From positions 1 through 32,000 of the forward strand of contig CAJQRZ010000003.1 of NCBI GenBank assembly GCA_905612435.1: a DNA stretch of 32,000 bases. Reading direction: 5' to 3'. The position numbers and the translations under genes were made by a program. The notes under the pieces were generated by a model. It did no database searches. It was not told where the DNA came from and saw nothing but the letters and a program-made list of their open reading frames with translations. This document shows positions 8,928-17,024 of the stretch, piece after piece; position 1 is the stretch's first letter; each line of letters begins with the position of its first letter. The DNA comes from an uncultured Candidatus Pelagibacter sp. Lineage in GTDB: Bacteria; Pseudomonadota; Alphaproteobacteria; Pelagibacterales; Pelagibacteraceae.

Positions 8928-10927
8928 ATATTTTTTCTATTATCTACTAAACTTTGAACAACACTTGGATCAGCTAAAGTTGTTGTATCACCCAATTGAT
9001 CATGTTCATTAGCTGCAATCTTTCTTAAAATTCTTCTCATAATTTTTCCAGACCTTGTTTTTGGTAAGCCTGGTGAAAAATGGATTATGTCAGGTGTAGC
9101 AATTGGACCAATTTGTTTTCTAACCCAAAGCTTTAGCTCTCTTTCAAGATCTAAATTATCTATTTCATCTGCATTTAAGGTAACATAACAATATAAGCCG
9201 TTCCCTTTAATGTCATGAGGATATCCAACCACAGCTGCTTCAGCAACTTTGGGGTGAGCCACAAAGGCACTTTCTATTTCGGCTGTACCCAAGTTATGAC
9301 CTGAAACGATAATTACATCATCAACACGCCCTGTGATCCAGTAATATCCATCTTTGTCTCTTCTAGCACCATCACCTGTAAAATATTTACCATCAAATTG
9401 TGAAAAGTAAGTATCAATAAATCTTTGATGATCGCCATAAACAGTTCTCATTTGTCCAGGCCAAGATTGAGAAATGCACAGCCTTCCTTCTCCTACTCCT
9501 TTTATTTCTTTTCCATTTTTATCAATTATTGAAGGCTTAATTCCATAGAAGGGTTTAGTTGCTGAGCCAGGTTTTAAATTTATAGCACCTGTTTGTGGGC
9601 TGATCAAAATTCCACCAGTTTCGGTTTGCCACCAAGTGTCAACAATGGGACAATTGGAGTTGCCAACTGTCTTATAATACCACATCCAAGCCTGGGGGTT
9701 TATTGGTTCTCCGACTGTTCCTAATAATTTTAATGATTTTCTTGAAGTTTTTTTTACAGGTTTATCACCCTCTCTCATTAAAGCTCTAATAGCAGTCGGT
9801 GCTGTGTAAAAAATATTCACTTTATATTTGTCAATTATTTGCCACCACCTTGAACTATCAGGATAAGTTGGAATTCCTTCAAACATAACTGTTGTTGCAC
9901 CATTAGCTAGAGGTCCATAAATTATGTAACTGTGACCAGTTACCCAACCGATGTCAGCTGTACACCAGTAAATATCCTTTGGCTTGTAATTAAAAACATA
10001 CTGGTGAGTCATTGAGGCATAAACCATATAACCACCTGTTGTATGTAAAACTCCCTTTGGTTTTCCAGTAGAGCCAGATGTATAAAGAATAAACAAAGGA
10101 TCCTCAGCATTCATTTCTTCAGGTTCACATTTGTTTGAAACGCCTTTAATTAAATCATTATACCAAACATCTCTTCCATCAACCCAATTAACTTTATTTC
10201 CGGTTCTTTTAACCACTATACATTTTTTGACATCTGGACATTTTTTTAAAGCCTCATCTGTAATTTTTTTTAAAGAGATATTTTTTCCACCTCTAACACC
10301 TTCATCTGCCGTAATAATATATTCGGATTCGCAATCATTAACTCTTCCCGAAATAGATTCCGCAGAGAACCCGCCAAAAATAATTGAATGAACTGCTCCG
10401 ATTCTAGCACATGCAAGCATAGTAATTGCGAGCTCAGGAATCATAGTTAAATAAATAGTAACTCGATCACCTTTTTTTATTCCTAACTTTTTTAAACCAT
10501 TTGCAGCCTTAGAAACTTCTTGATGCAGTTGTTTGTACGAAATTTTTTTAGTATCTTTTGGATCATCTCCAACCCAAATAATAGCAGTTTTATCCTTTTT
10601 GTCTTTTAAGTGTCGATCAGTACAGTTACTTGATGCGTTCAATGTTCCGTCTTCATACCATTTGATTTTTACATCTGTTTTACTGTATTTTACATTTTTA
10701 ATTTTTTTATAAGGTTTAATCCAAGTTATTCTCTTCCCTTCTTTTTTCCAAAACTCATTATTATTTTTAATAGAATCGGAATACTTTTTTTTATAGTTGG
10801 CTTTATTTACTAAAGCATTTTTAATCCATTCAGGTTTTATTTTTAAAACCAGTTCTTTTTGAGTAGATTTTATTTTAATATTTTCTTTTTTTTTAGTTTT
10901 CTTTAGAAAAATTTTTTTTTTAGGCAT
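8924..10927 (-). CDS. acs: acetyl-CoA synthetase (AMP-forming)
   Basis: [51 protein letters not shown] and [11 protein letters not shown] are canonical Acs motifs. It carries a ~20 aa Lys-rich N-terminal extension. Confidence 0.95.
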   Translation of the reverse strand: MPKKKIFLKKTKKKENIKIKSTQKELVLKIKPEWIKNALVNKANYKKKYSDSIKNNNEFWKKEGKRITWIKPYKKIKNVKYSKTDVKIKWYEDGTLNASSNCTDRHLKDKKDKTAIIWVGDDPKDTKKISYKQLHQEVSKAANGLKKLGIKKGDRVTIYLTMIPELAITMLACARIGAVHSIIFGGFSAESISGRVNDCESEYIITADEGVRGGKNISLKKITDEALKKCPDVKKCIVVKRTGNKVNWVDGRDVWYNDLIKGVSNKCEPEEMNAEDPLFILYTSGSTGKPKGVLHTTGGYMVYASMTHQYVFNYKPKDIYWCTADIGWVTGHSYIIYGPLANGATTVMFEGIPTYPDSSRWWQIIDKYKVNIFYTAPTAIRALMREGDKPVKKTSRKSLKLLGTVGEPINPQAWMWYYKTVGNSNCPIVDTWWQTETGGILISPQTGAINLKPGSATKPFYGIKPSIIDKNGKEIKGVGEGRLCISQSWPGQMRTVYGDHQRFIDTYFSQFDGKYFTGDGARRDKDGYYWITGRVDDVIIVSGHNLGTAEIESAFVAHPKVAEAAVVGYPHDIKGNGLYCYVTLNADEIDNLDLERELKLWVRKQIGPIATPDIIHFSPGLPKTRSGKIMRRILRKIAANEHDQLGDTTTLADPSVVQSLVDNRKNI

Positions 10928-10940
10928 TAAATTATTTTCT

Positions 10941-11354
10941 TTAAATACTACTCATCTTATTTAAAATTTTCCAGCTTTTAGAGTCAATAGGCATAACTGA
11001 TAATCTGCTTTGTTTAATAAGTGATAAATGGCTTAAAGCCTTATCTTTTCTGATATCTTTGAGCGTTACAGGTTTTATAAGTTTTTCTTTAAACTTAACT
11101 TGAACAGCCACAAATCTACCATCCTTGTCTGTTTTATCTAAAAAAGCTTCTTTAATCACCTCAACTATACCAACAATTTCTTTCCCGATATTTGAATGAT
11201 AAAAAAAACAAAGATCTCCTTTTTCCATAATTCTTAAATTTTTTGCCGCTTGGTAGTTTCTTACTCCATCCCAAGGAGCACCTTTTGCCCCTACTTTTTT
11301 TTGTTGATCAATAGACCAAACATCAGGCTCAGATTTCATTAACCAGTAGTTCAT
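10941..11354 (-). CDS. EVE (PUA-like, DUF55) domain protein
   Basis: [17 protein letters not shown]...[28 protein letters not shown] is the typical EVE-domain N-terminus. There are only 13 nt to the acs start, so the two are probably co-transcribed. Confidence 0.85.
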   Translation of the reverse strand: MNYWLMKSEPDVWSIDQQKKVGAKGAPWDGVRNYQAAKNLRIMEKGDLCFFYHSNIGKEIVGIVEVIKEAFLDKTDKDGRFVAVQVKFKEKLIKPVTLKDIRKDKALSHLSLIKQSRLSVMPIDSKSWKILNKMSSI

Positions 11355-11425
11355 CTAATTGTTTTTCTTACAGGTCTCCATAATTTATTTTAGCACTTTT
11401 ATTTTACGCTATTTTTACAAAACAC

Positions 11426-11448
11426 GTACCCCACAAAGTACCCCGCAT
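11426..11448. repeat. paired-heptamer site A: GTACCCC-acaaa-GTACCCC-gCAT
   Basis: Read directly from the sequence. It starts 72 nt upstream of the EVE start codon. Confidence 0.6.
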
Positions 11449-11580
11449 TTTTTTTAATATCTAACATTATCTGTTAACGAGAAAAAATATCGCGACAATT
11501 ATTCGCTACATTTACACCTATATTGAACAGAGAGTATCTTTTTTTTAGGGTTTTTTAATATAGGTTCTCGATTTAAAAAT

Positions 11581-11727
11581 ATGAAAAATTTTATCAAAAA
11601 AATTACTATCTTATATCTATGGGTATTATTTATACCAATAGGACTAATACTTAAATCAATATTATTTTTGAGTAAAATACTTAAGAAACTCATTTTATTT
11701 ACTACAAAAAAAGCCAATAGTTTTTAA
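11581..11727 (+). CDS. possible 48-aa hydrophobic mini-protein (MKNFIKKITILYLWVLFIPIGLILKSILFLSKILKKLILFTTKKANSF)
   Basis: ATG-initiated ORF below the track cutoff, with one predicted TM segment flanked by Lys. No SD and no homology recognised. It overlaps the track ORF 11499-11717 on the opposite strand. Confidence 0.25.
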   Translation: MKNFIKKITILYLWVLFIPIGLILKSILFLSKILKKLILFTTKKANSF

Positions 11728-11758
11728 GCTTGTTTATTTAGTGTGCATCGTTAAATCG

Positions 11759-11781
11759 GTACCCCACTACGTACCCCTCAT
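11759..11781. repeat. paired-heptamer site B: GTACCCC-actac-GTACCCC-tCAT
   Basis: Read directly from the sequence. It has the same 7-N5-7-NCAT architecture and orientation as sites A and C. Confidence 0.6.
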
Positions 11782-11857
11782 TTACACTTATTAATAAGCT
11801 TTAATCAAGATTTGTACTGGGAAAATAAGATAAAGGTTGGTGGGAGTCAGTGGAGCC

Positions 11858-11902
11858 TTATCGATGTACTACAAGCTTTGGTTTCATTAACCAGTACTGC
11901 AT
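11858..11902 (-). pseudogene. remnant of an EVE-gene 5' end (MQYWLMKPKLVVHR*)
   Basis: ATG-CAG-TAC-TGG-TTA-ATG-AAA parallels MNYWLMK of the intact gene. A 15-nt identical core (tttcattaaccagta) occurs at 11882-11896 and 11334-11348. The frame stops after 14 codons, and similarity to the gene body ends at the core. Confidence 0.5.
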
Positions 11903-11998
11903 CTATTTGTTTCTCCAGTGTTTACTTATCTTTTTGAACATAGCACTTTCATAATACACCATTTTTAGCAAACACGTGACATGTCAAGTGACATACAT
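11882..11998 (-). repeat. diverged duplicate of the EVE start codon plus ~95 bp upstream region (partner 11334-11448)
   Basis: Hand alignment shows a 15/15 core. The last 35 nt before the heptamer site match 28/35 (tagcactttt...aaaacac vs tagcactttc...caaacac). Core-to-heptamer spacing is nearly the same (77 vs 79 nt). Confidence 0.6.
11976..11998. repeat. paired-heptamer site C: GTGACAT-gtcaa-GTGACAT-aCAT
   Basis: Read directly from the sequence. It occupies the position in the duplicate that corresponds to site A, but both heptamers carry the same different sequence. Confidence 0.6.
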
Positions 11999-12017
11999 AT
12001 CCAAGTCTCGTTGTGTT

Positions 12018-12028
12018 TACTGGTTAAT
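12018..12028 (+). repeat. inverted third copy of the 11-bp core ATTAACCAGTA
   Basis: tactggttaat is the exact reverse complement of attaaccagta (11338-11348 and 11886-11896). On the plus strand it reads YWLIK. Confidence 0.5.
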
Positions 12029-12185
12029 AAAAGAAATTAGCTTACATTCTTCCAATCCTCTGGTCCAATTTATTTAATATCTTTATCTTTTTCAAGAAAA
12101 GAAAATTCTATCCCATATAAATTTGAAATACGACCAGTAATTTTTTTAAATATACAAAATAACAAAATGTTATTAAGTTTATATT

Positions 12186-13451
12186 ATGAAAAAAAAATGG
12201 ATAATAATTATTTTGATAATCATTATTTTAGCAATATTATTGTCATTTTTTTCTGTTCTGTTTTTAAAAAAAGCAAGAGAAACTAGATCTTGGCCATTTG
12301 CTTCAGGATTATCTTTTAAATTACCGTCAGTCGTGAAATATTATGCTTATAAATTCACAAATCCCGAGTCTTTAACAATAGAGACACACTTATATGAAAT
12401 AAATACAGAATTTTTATCGATACCTGATCAGGAAGCAACAGGTAGTGGTGGAAGTGTAAATATTCTTAATAAAGATAATTTACTTATTACATTAGATAAT
12501 GGAAATAACTGGATATTAAATCTTGCAACCAAAAATTTTGTAAAAGGGCCTGATATTTTTTCTAATAAATTTTTAAGCATAAGGGATGTAAATATTTTCC
12601 CTGAAAAAAAAGAGATCGCACTTTTAGTGGGTGAAAATAATAATAACTGTAAAATCATGAAGTTAAAAATTTATGATTTCAGCTTTTTAGAAAAAAAATT
12701 AGAAATAGATAATGACAGAACTTTGTGGAAGTCTGAAAAAATGTGTGAAGAAGATTTTAACCCATTGATTAACAATGGGGGGGGTAGAGTAATATTTTAT
12801 AAAAATAGTTATTTTATATCAATTGGTTTTTTAGCCCAAAATATCGAATCTGGTGTTTATAATCCTTTTCCTCAGAATCCAAATAGCTCATTCGGAAAAA
12901 TTATAAGAATATTTGATGAAAATAATAGTGAGATTTACTCTATTGGCCATAGAAATCCACAAGGTCTTTTTGTTAGGCAAAAAAATGATTTACTAATTTC
13001 AACAGAACATGGCCCCAGAGGTGGTGATGAAATAAATTTGATTACTAAAAATTCAAATTATGGTTGGCCGTGCAAGTCAATCGGGACATTGTATTCTTAT
13101 GACCTGAAGAATGACTCGAAGCTATGGCCAGATGATTTACAAAACTATGGCTGTGTAGATAATAAGTTATTTATTGATCCATTGTATTCTTGGACTCCTT
13201 CAATTGGTGCATCACAGGGTCTGGAATATAAAGGAGATGAATTTTCTAAAATGAAAGATAATTTAATTATATCATCCTTAATAGGAGAATCGTTATTTAG
13301 AGTTAATTTATCAGATAACAATAATGTAATTAACGTTGAAACAATTAGAATTAATGAAAGAATAAGAGACTTAACAGAATCTCCTGACGGTAAAATTGTG
13401 TTATATACTGATGGAGGAAGTTTAATTTTTTTATCAGATAATAATAAATAA
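12186..13451 (+). CDS. PQQ-dependent sugar (glucose/sorbosone) dehydrogenase-like beta-propeller, N-terminal membrane anchor
   Basis: YSIGHRNPQGLFV...STEHGPRGGDEINLITKNSNYGWP is the signature region of the soluble GDH/sorbosone dehydrogenase family. The N-terminus WIIIILIIIILAILLSFFSVLFL is a TM segment. Confidence 0.8.
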   Translation: MKKKWIIIILIIIILAILLSFFSVLFLKKARETRSWPFASGLSFKLPSVVKYYAYKFTNPESLTIETHLYEINTEFLSIPDQEATGSGGSVNILNKDNLLITLDNGNNWILNLATKNFVKGPDIFSNKFLSIRDVNIFPEKKEIALLVGENNNNCKIMKLKIYDFSFLEKKLEIDNDRTLWKSEKMCEEDFNPLINNGGGRVIFYKNSYFISIGFLAQNIESGVYNPFPQNPNSSFGKIIRIFDENNSEIYSIGHRNPQGLFVRQKNDLLISTEHGPRGGDEINLITKNSNYGWPCKSIGTLYSYDLKNDSKLWPDDLQNYGCVDNKLFIDPLYSWTPSIGASQGLEYKGDEFSKMKDNLIISSLIGESLFRVNLSDNNNVINVETIRINERIRDLTESPDGKIVLYTDGGSLIFLSDNNK

Positions 13452-13532
13452 ATTAAGACTATACTATTTTTTCACAATTTTAATTTAGATCTTCATTATT
13501 CCAGGTAAATAAATTGGCATCAAAAGGTATAT

Positions 13533-14837
13533 TTAACCTTCTGGAATTAAATTAATAATTTTTTTAATTGGAATAATTTTATTTTCGATTTCAAAAGATC
13601 TTCCATTTTCTAAAATCTTCTTTGCAACCAATTCCATTGCTGGATACGCAGCTCTTAATAGTTGGTTTGCATAAATTACAATTTTAAATCCATTTTTAAT
13701 AAGATCTTTTTCAAAAACTTTGGAATATGTGGATGGTACTGCAACTAATGGAATAAAATTTTTACTTTTTTTAAAAATTTTAGAAAATGAGAAAATTTCT
13801 TTAGGTGTATTTTCTTTGCTATGAATTAAAATTGCATCTGCTCCTGCTTTAGAATAAATTTCGGCTCTTTTAAGAGCGTCATTTAAGCCTTTTCCCAATA
13901 TAAAACTTTCTACTCTTGCAATAACTAAAAAATCACTTGATTGTCTAGACGAACAAACCTTCTTTATTTTTTTTGCAAATAAACTAGGCTTGTCTTGAGA
14001 GGCACCACTTTGGTTTTTAAATAAAGAGTTTTTTTTTAAACCTATTTTGTCTTCCATAATCATTGCTGAGACACCAGATCTTTCTAAAGATTTTACTAAA
14101 AATGATAAATGTTCTATTTGACCACCATTATCTGCATCAAAAACTAATGGTTTAGTTGTTACATCCATAATGTCATTTACTGAAGAAATACGAGATGAAA
14201 AGTCCAAGGATGAGTTGTCAGGCTTACCTTTTGTTGCTGAGTCTGTAAGGCTTGATGACCACATTCCATCATACTCAATATCTATATTTTTTTTATTTAT
14301 TTTTAAATTTTCAATAATTAATCCTGTTAACGAATTATGAGACTCAAGTAATCTGATAATTTTCTTTGAAAATAGTAATCTTTTTAATCGTGATACCCGG
14401 TTTTCTGGCAATGTACCAACTTCTAAGATTTTTTTTTTAATTAGTGTGGATGAAATATTTTTTGTATATTTTGGCTCAATTAGTTTGCCAGACCATTTTC
14501 TTAAAATTTTAATTACTCTTTCTCTAGTTTTTTTTTGAGGTCCCTTTTTCCAGTCATCACCATGAATTACAAAATCTGGTTTGATAAGATTTAAATTACT
14601 AACGTAGTCCAAAGTTTCTTGTTTAATAACACTTTTAACATATTTAATGTTTTGAATAATAATTTTTCTTCTTTTATAGTCTAAATAAGGAATATTTTTA
14701 TATGAAGCAATTGCTTCGTCAGTCAATAAACCAACTATTACATCACCAAATGTACTCGCTTTTTTTAAAATACTAATATGACCTTCATGAATGATATCAG
14801 CAGCAAGACCGATATATACTTTTTTTCTAATTTTCAT
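13533..14837 (-). CDS. pepM: fusion protein: N-terminal cytidylyltransferase domain + C-terminal phosphoenolpyruvate phosphomutase
   Basis: The N-terminus GLAADIIHEGHISILKKA (HxGH) and KNISST resemble TagD/ECT-type cytidylyltransferases. The C-terminal ICL/PEPM-fold region has LESHNSLTGLIIE, FDADNGG and MEDKIGLKKNS, i.e. the PepM-diagnostic EDK-X5-NS motif. Confidence 0.85.
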   Translation of the reverse strand: MKIRKKVYIGLAADIIHEGHISILKKASTFGDVIVGLLTDEAIASYKNIPYLDYKRRKIIIQNIKYVKSVIKQETLDYVSNLNLIKPDFVIHGDDWKKGPQKKTRERVIKILRKWSGKLIEPKYTKNISSTLIKKKILEVGTLPENRVSRLKRLLFSKKIIRLLESHNSLTGLIIENLKINKKNIDIEYDGMWSSSLTDSATKGKPDNSSLDFSSRISSVNDIMDVTTKPLVFDADNGGQIEHLSFLVKSLERSGVSAMIMEDKIGLKKNSLFKNQSGASQDKPSLFAKKIKKVCSSRQSSDFLVIARVESFILGKGLNDALKRAEIYSKAGADAILIHSKENTPKEIFSFSKIFKKSKNFIPLVAVPSTYSKVFEKDLIKNGFKIVIYANQLLRAAYPAMELVAKKILENGRSFEIENKIIPIKKIINLIPEG

Positions 14838-14977
14838 CGTAATTATTTTATATAGAAACTATCCAATGCGTCTATAAAAATTTAAAAAACTTTTTAAGTT
14901 TAAGACCAATAATGTAATTTATTAATATACACACGGTTAAAACTTACTTGTTCTAAATGCAATAAAAGTGTTTTTCA

Positions 14978-16051
14978 TTATAATCTTACTCCAGCGCCTT
15001 TTAAAAAGGCCGCTTCTTCATCCAAGGGCCATCTAGGTTTAGCGGGGTGATCTAATTCACTAAATTGTTTAAGTTTATATTTTTCTAAACCAACCATAGC
15101 AATCATTGCTGCATTATCTCCACATAAATTTATAGGTGGAAAAATAGCATTGAAGTTTTCTTCATTACAAAGCTTTGTTAAAACTTTTCTAATTTTTTTA
15201 TTTGCAGCAACACCACCAGCAACTACAAAGATATTAGCTTTATCTCCATTAATATTTTTAAATTCTTTAAATGCAATTTTGCTTTTTTTATAAAGTATTT
15301 CTTCAACAGTTTTTTGAAAAGAGGCTGCAAGATCATATTTTTCTTGATCTGTTTTTATTTTTTTTACAATTCTAAGTACTGCAGTTTTAAGTCCAGCAAA
15401 AGATAAATTGCACCCACCTTTATGAAAGATTGGTTTTGGTAATTTATATTTATCGGGATCACCTTTTTTGGCGTACTCTTCTATTTGTGGACCACCAGGA
15501 AATTCTATACCAAGCATTTTTGCAGTTTTGTCAAATGCTTCACCAAGGGCATCGTCAATTGTTGTTCCTAATCTTTTATACTCTCCTAATCCTTTAACAC
15601 TTAAAAATTGAGTATGCCCTCCTGAAATTAGAAGTAAGAGATAAGGATAATTTAATTTAGAATTTAATTTTGGGCTTAGTGCGTGACCTTCTAAATGATT
15701 TACTGCAATAAATGGTTTATTTAGAGAGGATGCCATTGCTTTTCCAAAACTCAAACCAACTGATAAACAAACGATAAGACCGGGACCTGCGGTAGCTGCA
15801 ATTGCATCTACATCATCTAGCATGATGCCACTTTTATCAATTGCTTTTTTGGTAATTAAATCAATTTTTTCTATATGAGATCTTGCAGCAAGTTCTGGAA
15901 CAACTCCACCAAACTCCTTATGAACATCAACTTGGCTTGAAACGATACTAGATAAAATTGTTGGAGTGCCTTGTTCATTTTCAGTAATTATTGATGCAGC
16001 TGTTTCATCACAACTTGATTCAATTCCCAAAATTATAGGTTTTTTGCTCAT
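14978..16051 (-). CDS. tsaD: tRNA N6-adenosine threonylcarbamoyltransferase
   Basis: ILGIESSCDETAASI, NHLEGHALSP, LLLISGGHTQ and VAGGVAAN are Kae1/TsaD motifs. Confidence 0.95.
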   Translation of the reverse strand: MSKKPIILGIESSCDETAASIITENEQGTPTILSSIVSSQVDVHKEFGGVVPELAARSHIEKIDLITKKAIDKSGIMLDDVDAIAATAGPGLIVCLSVGLSFGKAMASSLNKPFIAVNHLEGHALSPKLNSKLNYPYLLLLISGGHTQFLSVKGLGEYKRLGTTIDDALGEAFDKTAKMLGIEFPGGPQIEEYAKKGDPDKYKLPKPIFHKGGCNLSFAGLKTAVLRIVKKIKTDQEKYDLAASFQKTVEEILYKKSKIAFKEFKNINGDKANIFVVAGGVAANKKIRKVLTKLCNEENFNAIFPPINLCGDNAAMIAMVGLEKYKLKQFSELDHPAKPRWPLDEEAAFLKGAGVRL

Positions 16052-16111
16052 AGAAATAGTTTTTATAAATAATACAATCTCATTATAAACTATCAGTTAT
16101 AAAGCAACTAA

Positions 16112-17023
16112 ATGAAAAAAAAAATTATTATTGGATCTCGAGGAAGCAAATTAGCACTAATTTATGCTGAAAAAGCAAAAGTGGAGTTGTTAAAAAACGA
16201 AGAAATACAAAGTATTGAGATAAAAAGTATTACAACAACAGGTGACACCATAACAAATGTAAGAGTGTCTGATCACGGGGGTAAAGGATTGTTTTGTAAA
16301 ACTATTGAACAAGAGCTGTTAAGTAAGAATATAGATTTAGCAGTTCATGCATTAAAAGATATGCCAACAGATGAAACAGAAGAGCTGTTAACTAATTGTT
16401 TTTTAGAGAGAAATAATCCAAGAGAAGTTTTAATTAGTAATGGTAATAAGAATATTAATGATCTTAAACCCAATGCTGTTGTTGGAACTTCATCTTTTCG
16501 AAGAGAGTTTCAATTAAAAAACATAAGAGAAGATCTTAATTATAAATTAATAAGAGGAAATGTTGATACAAGAATTAAAAAATTAAATGATAATTTATAT
16601 GATGCAATAATTTTATCTTATGCAGGCATTAAATCATTAGGCTTAGAGACCAAAATTTCTCAAATTTTTTCAACATCAAAAATAATTCCTAGTGCTGGAC
16701 AAGGTGTTATTGCTTTACAGTGCAGAAAAAATGATCAACAATTAATAGAGGTATTAAATAAAGTTAATCACAAACCAACACACAATTGCATTAAAGCTGA
16801 AAGGAATGTTTTAAAAGTCTTAGAGGGAAATTGTGAAACAGCTGTGGGTGCATTTGCAAAAATTAGTGAAAACAAGATAGAACTTGTGGCAGAACTTTTT
16901 TCACTAGATGGTAAGCAAAGATTTTATCTTAAATTGTCAAAAGATTTAAAATTAGCCTCAGAACTTGGAAAAGAAGTGGGCGAAATACTTAAAAAACAAT
17001 CAAATAATTCTTATAAAAAATAG
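16112..17023 (+). CDS. hemC: hydroxymethylbilane synthase (porphobilinogen deaminase)
   Basis: IIGSRGSKLALIYAE, AVHALKDMP, RGNVDTRIKKL and PSAGQGVIALQCR are HemC motifs. Confidence 0.95.
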   Translation: MKKKIIIGSRGSKLALIYAEKAKVELLKNEEIQSIEIKSITTTGDTITNVRVSDHGGKGLFCKTIEQELLSKNIDLAVHALKDMPTDETEELLTNCFLERNNPREVLISNGNKNINDLKPNAVVGTSSFRREFQLKNIREDLNYKLIRGNVDTRIKKLNDNLYDAIILSYAGIKSLGLETKISQIFSTSKIIPSAGQGVIALQCRKNDQQLIEVLNKVNHKPTHNCIKAERNVLKVLEGNCETAVGAFAKISENKIELVAELFSLDGKQRFYLKLSKDLKLASELGKEVGEILKKQSNNSYKK

Positions 17024-17024
17024 T

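Noticed and set aside
11499-11717. 72-aa minus-strand track ORF in the long gap.
   Set aside because: It has a TTG start, an Ile/Lys/Phe-rich low-complexity translation and no motifs. The opposite-strand 48-codon ORF is at least ATG-initiated and TM-like, but neither is well supported.
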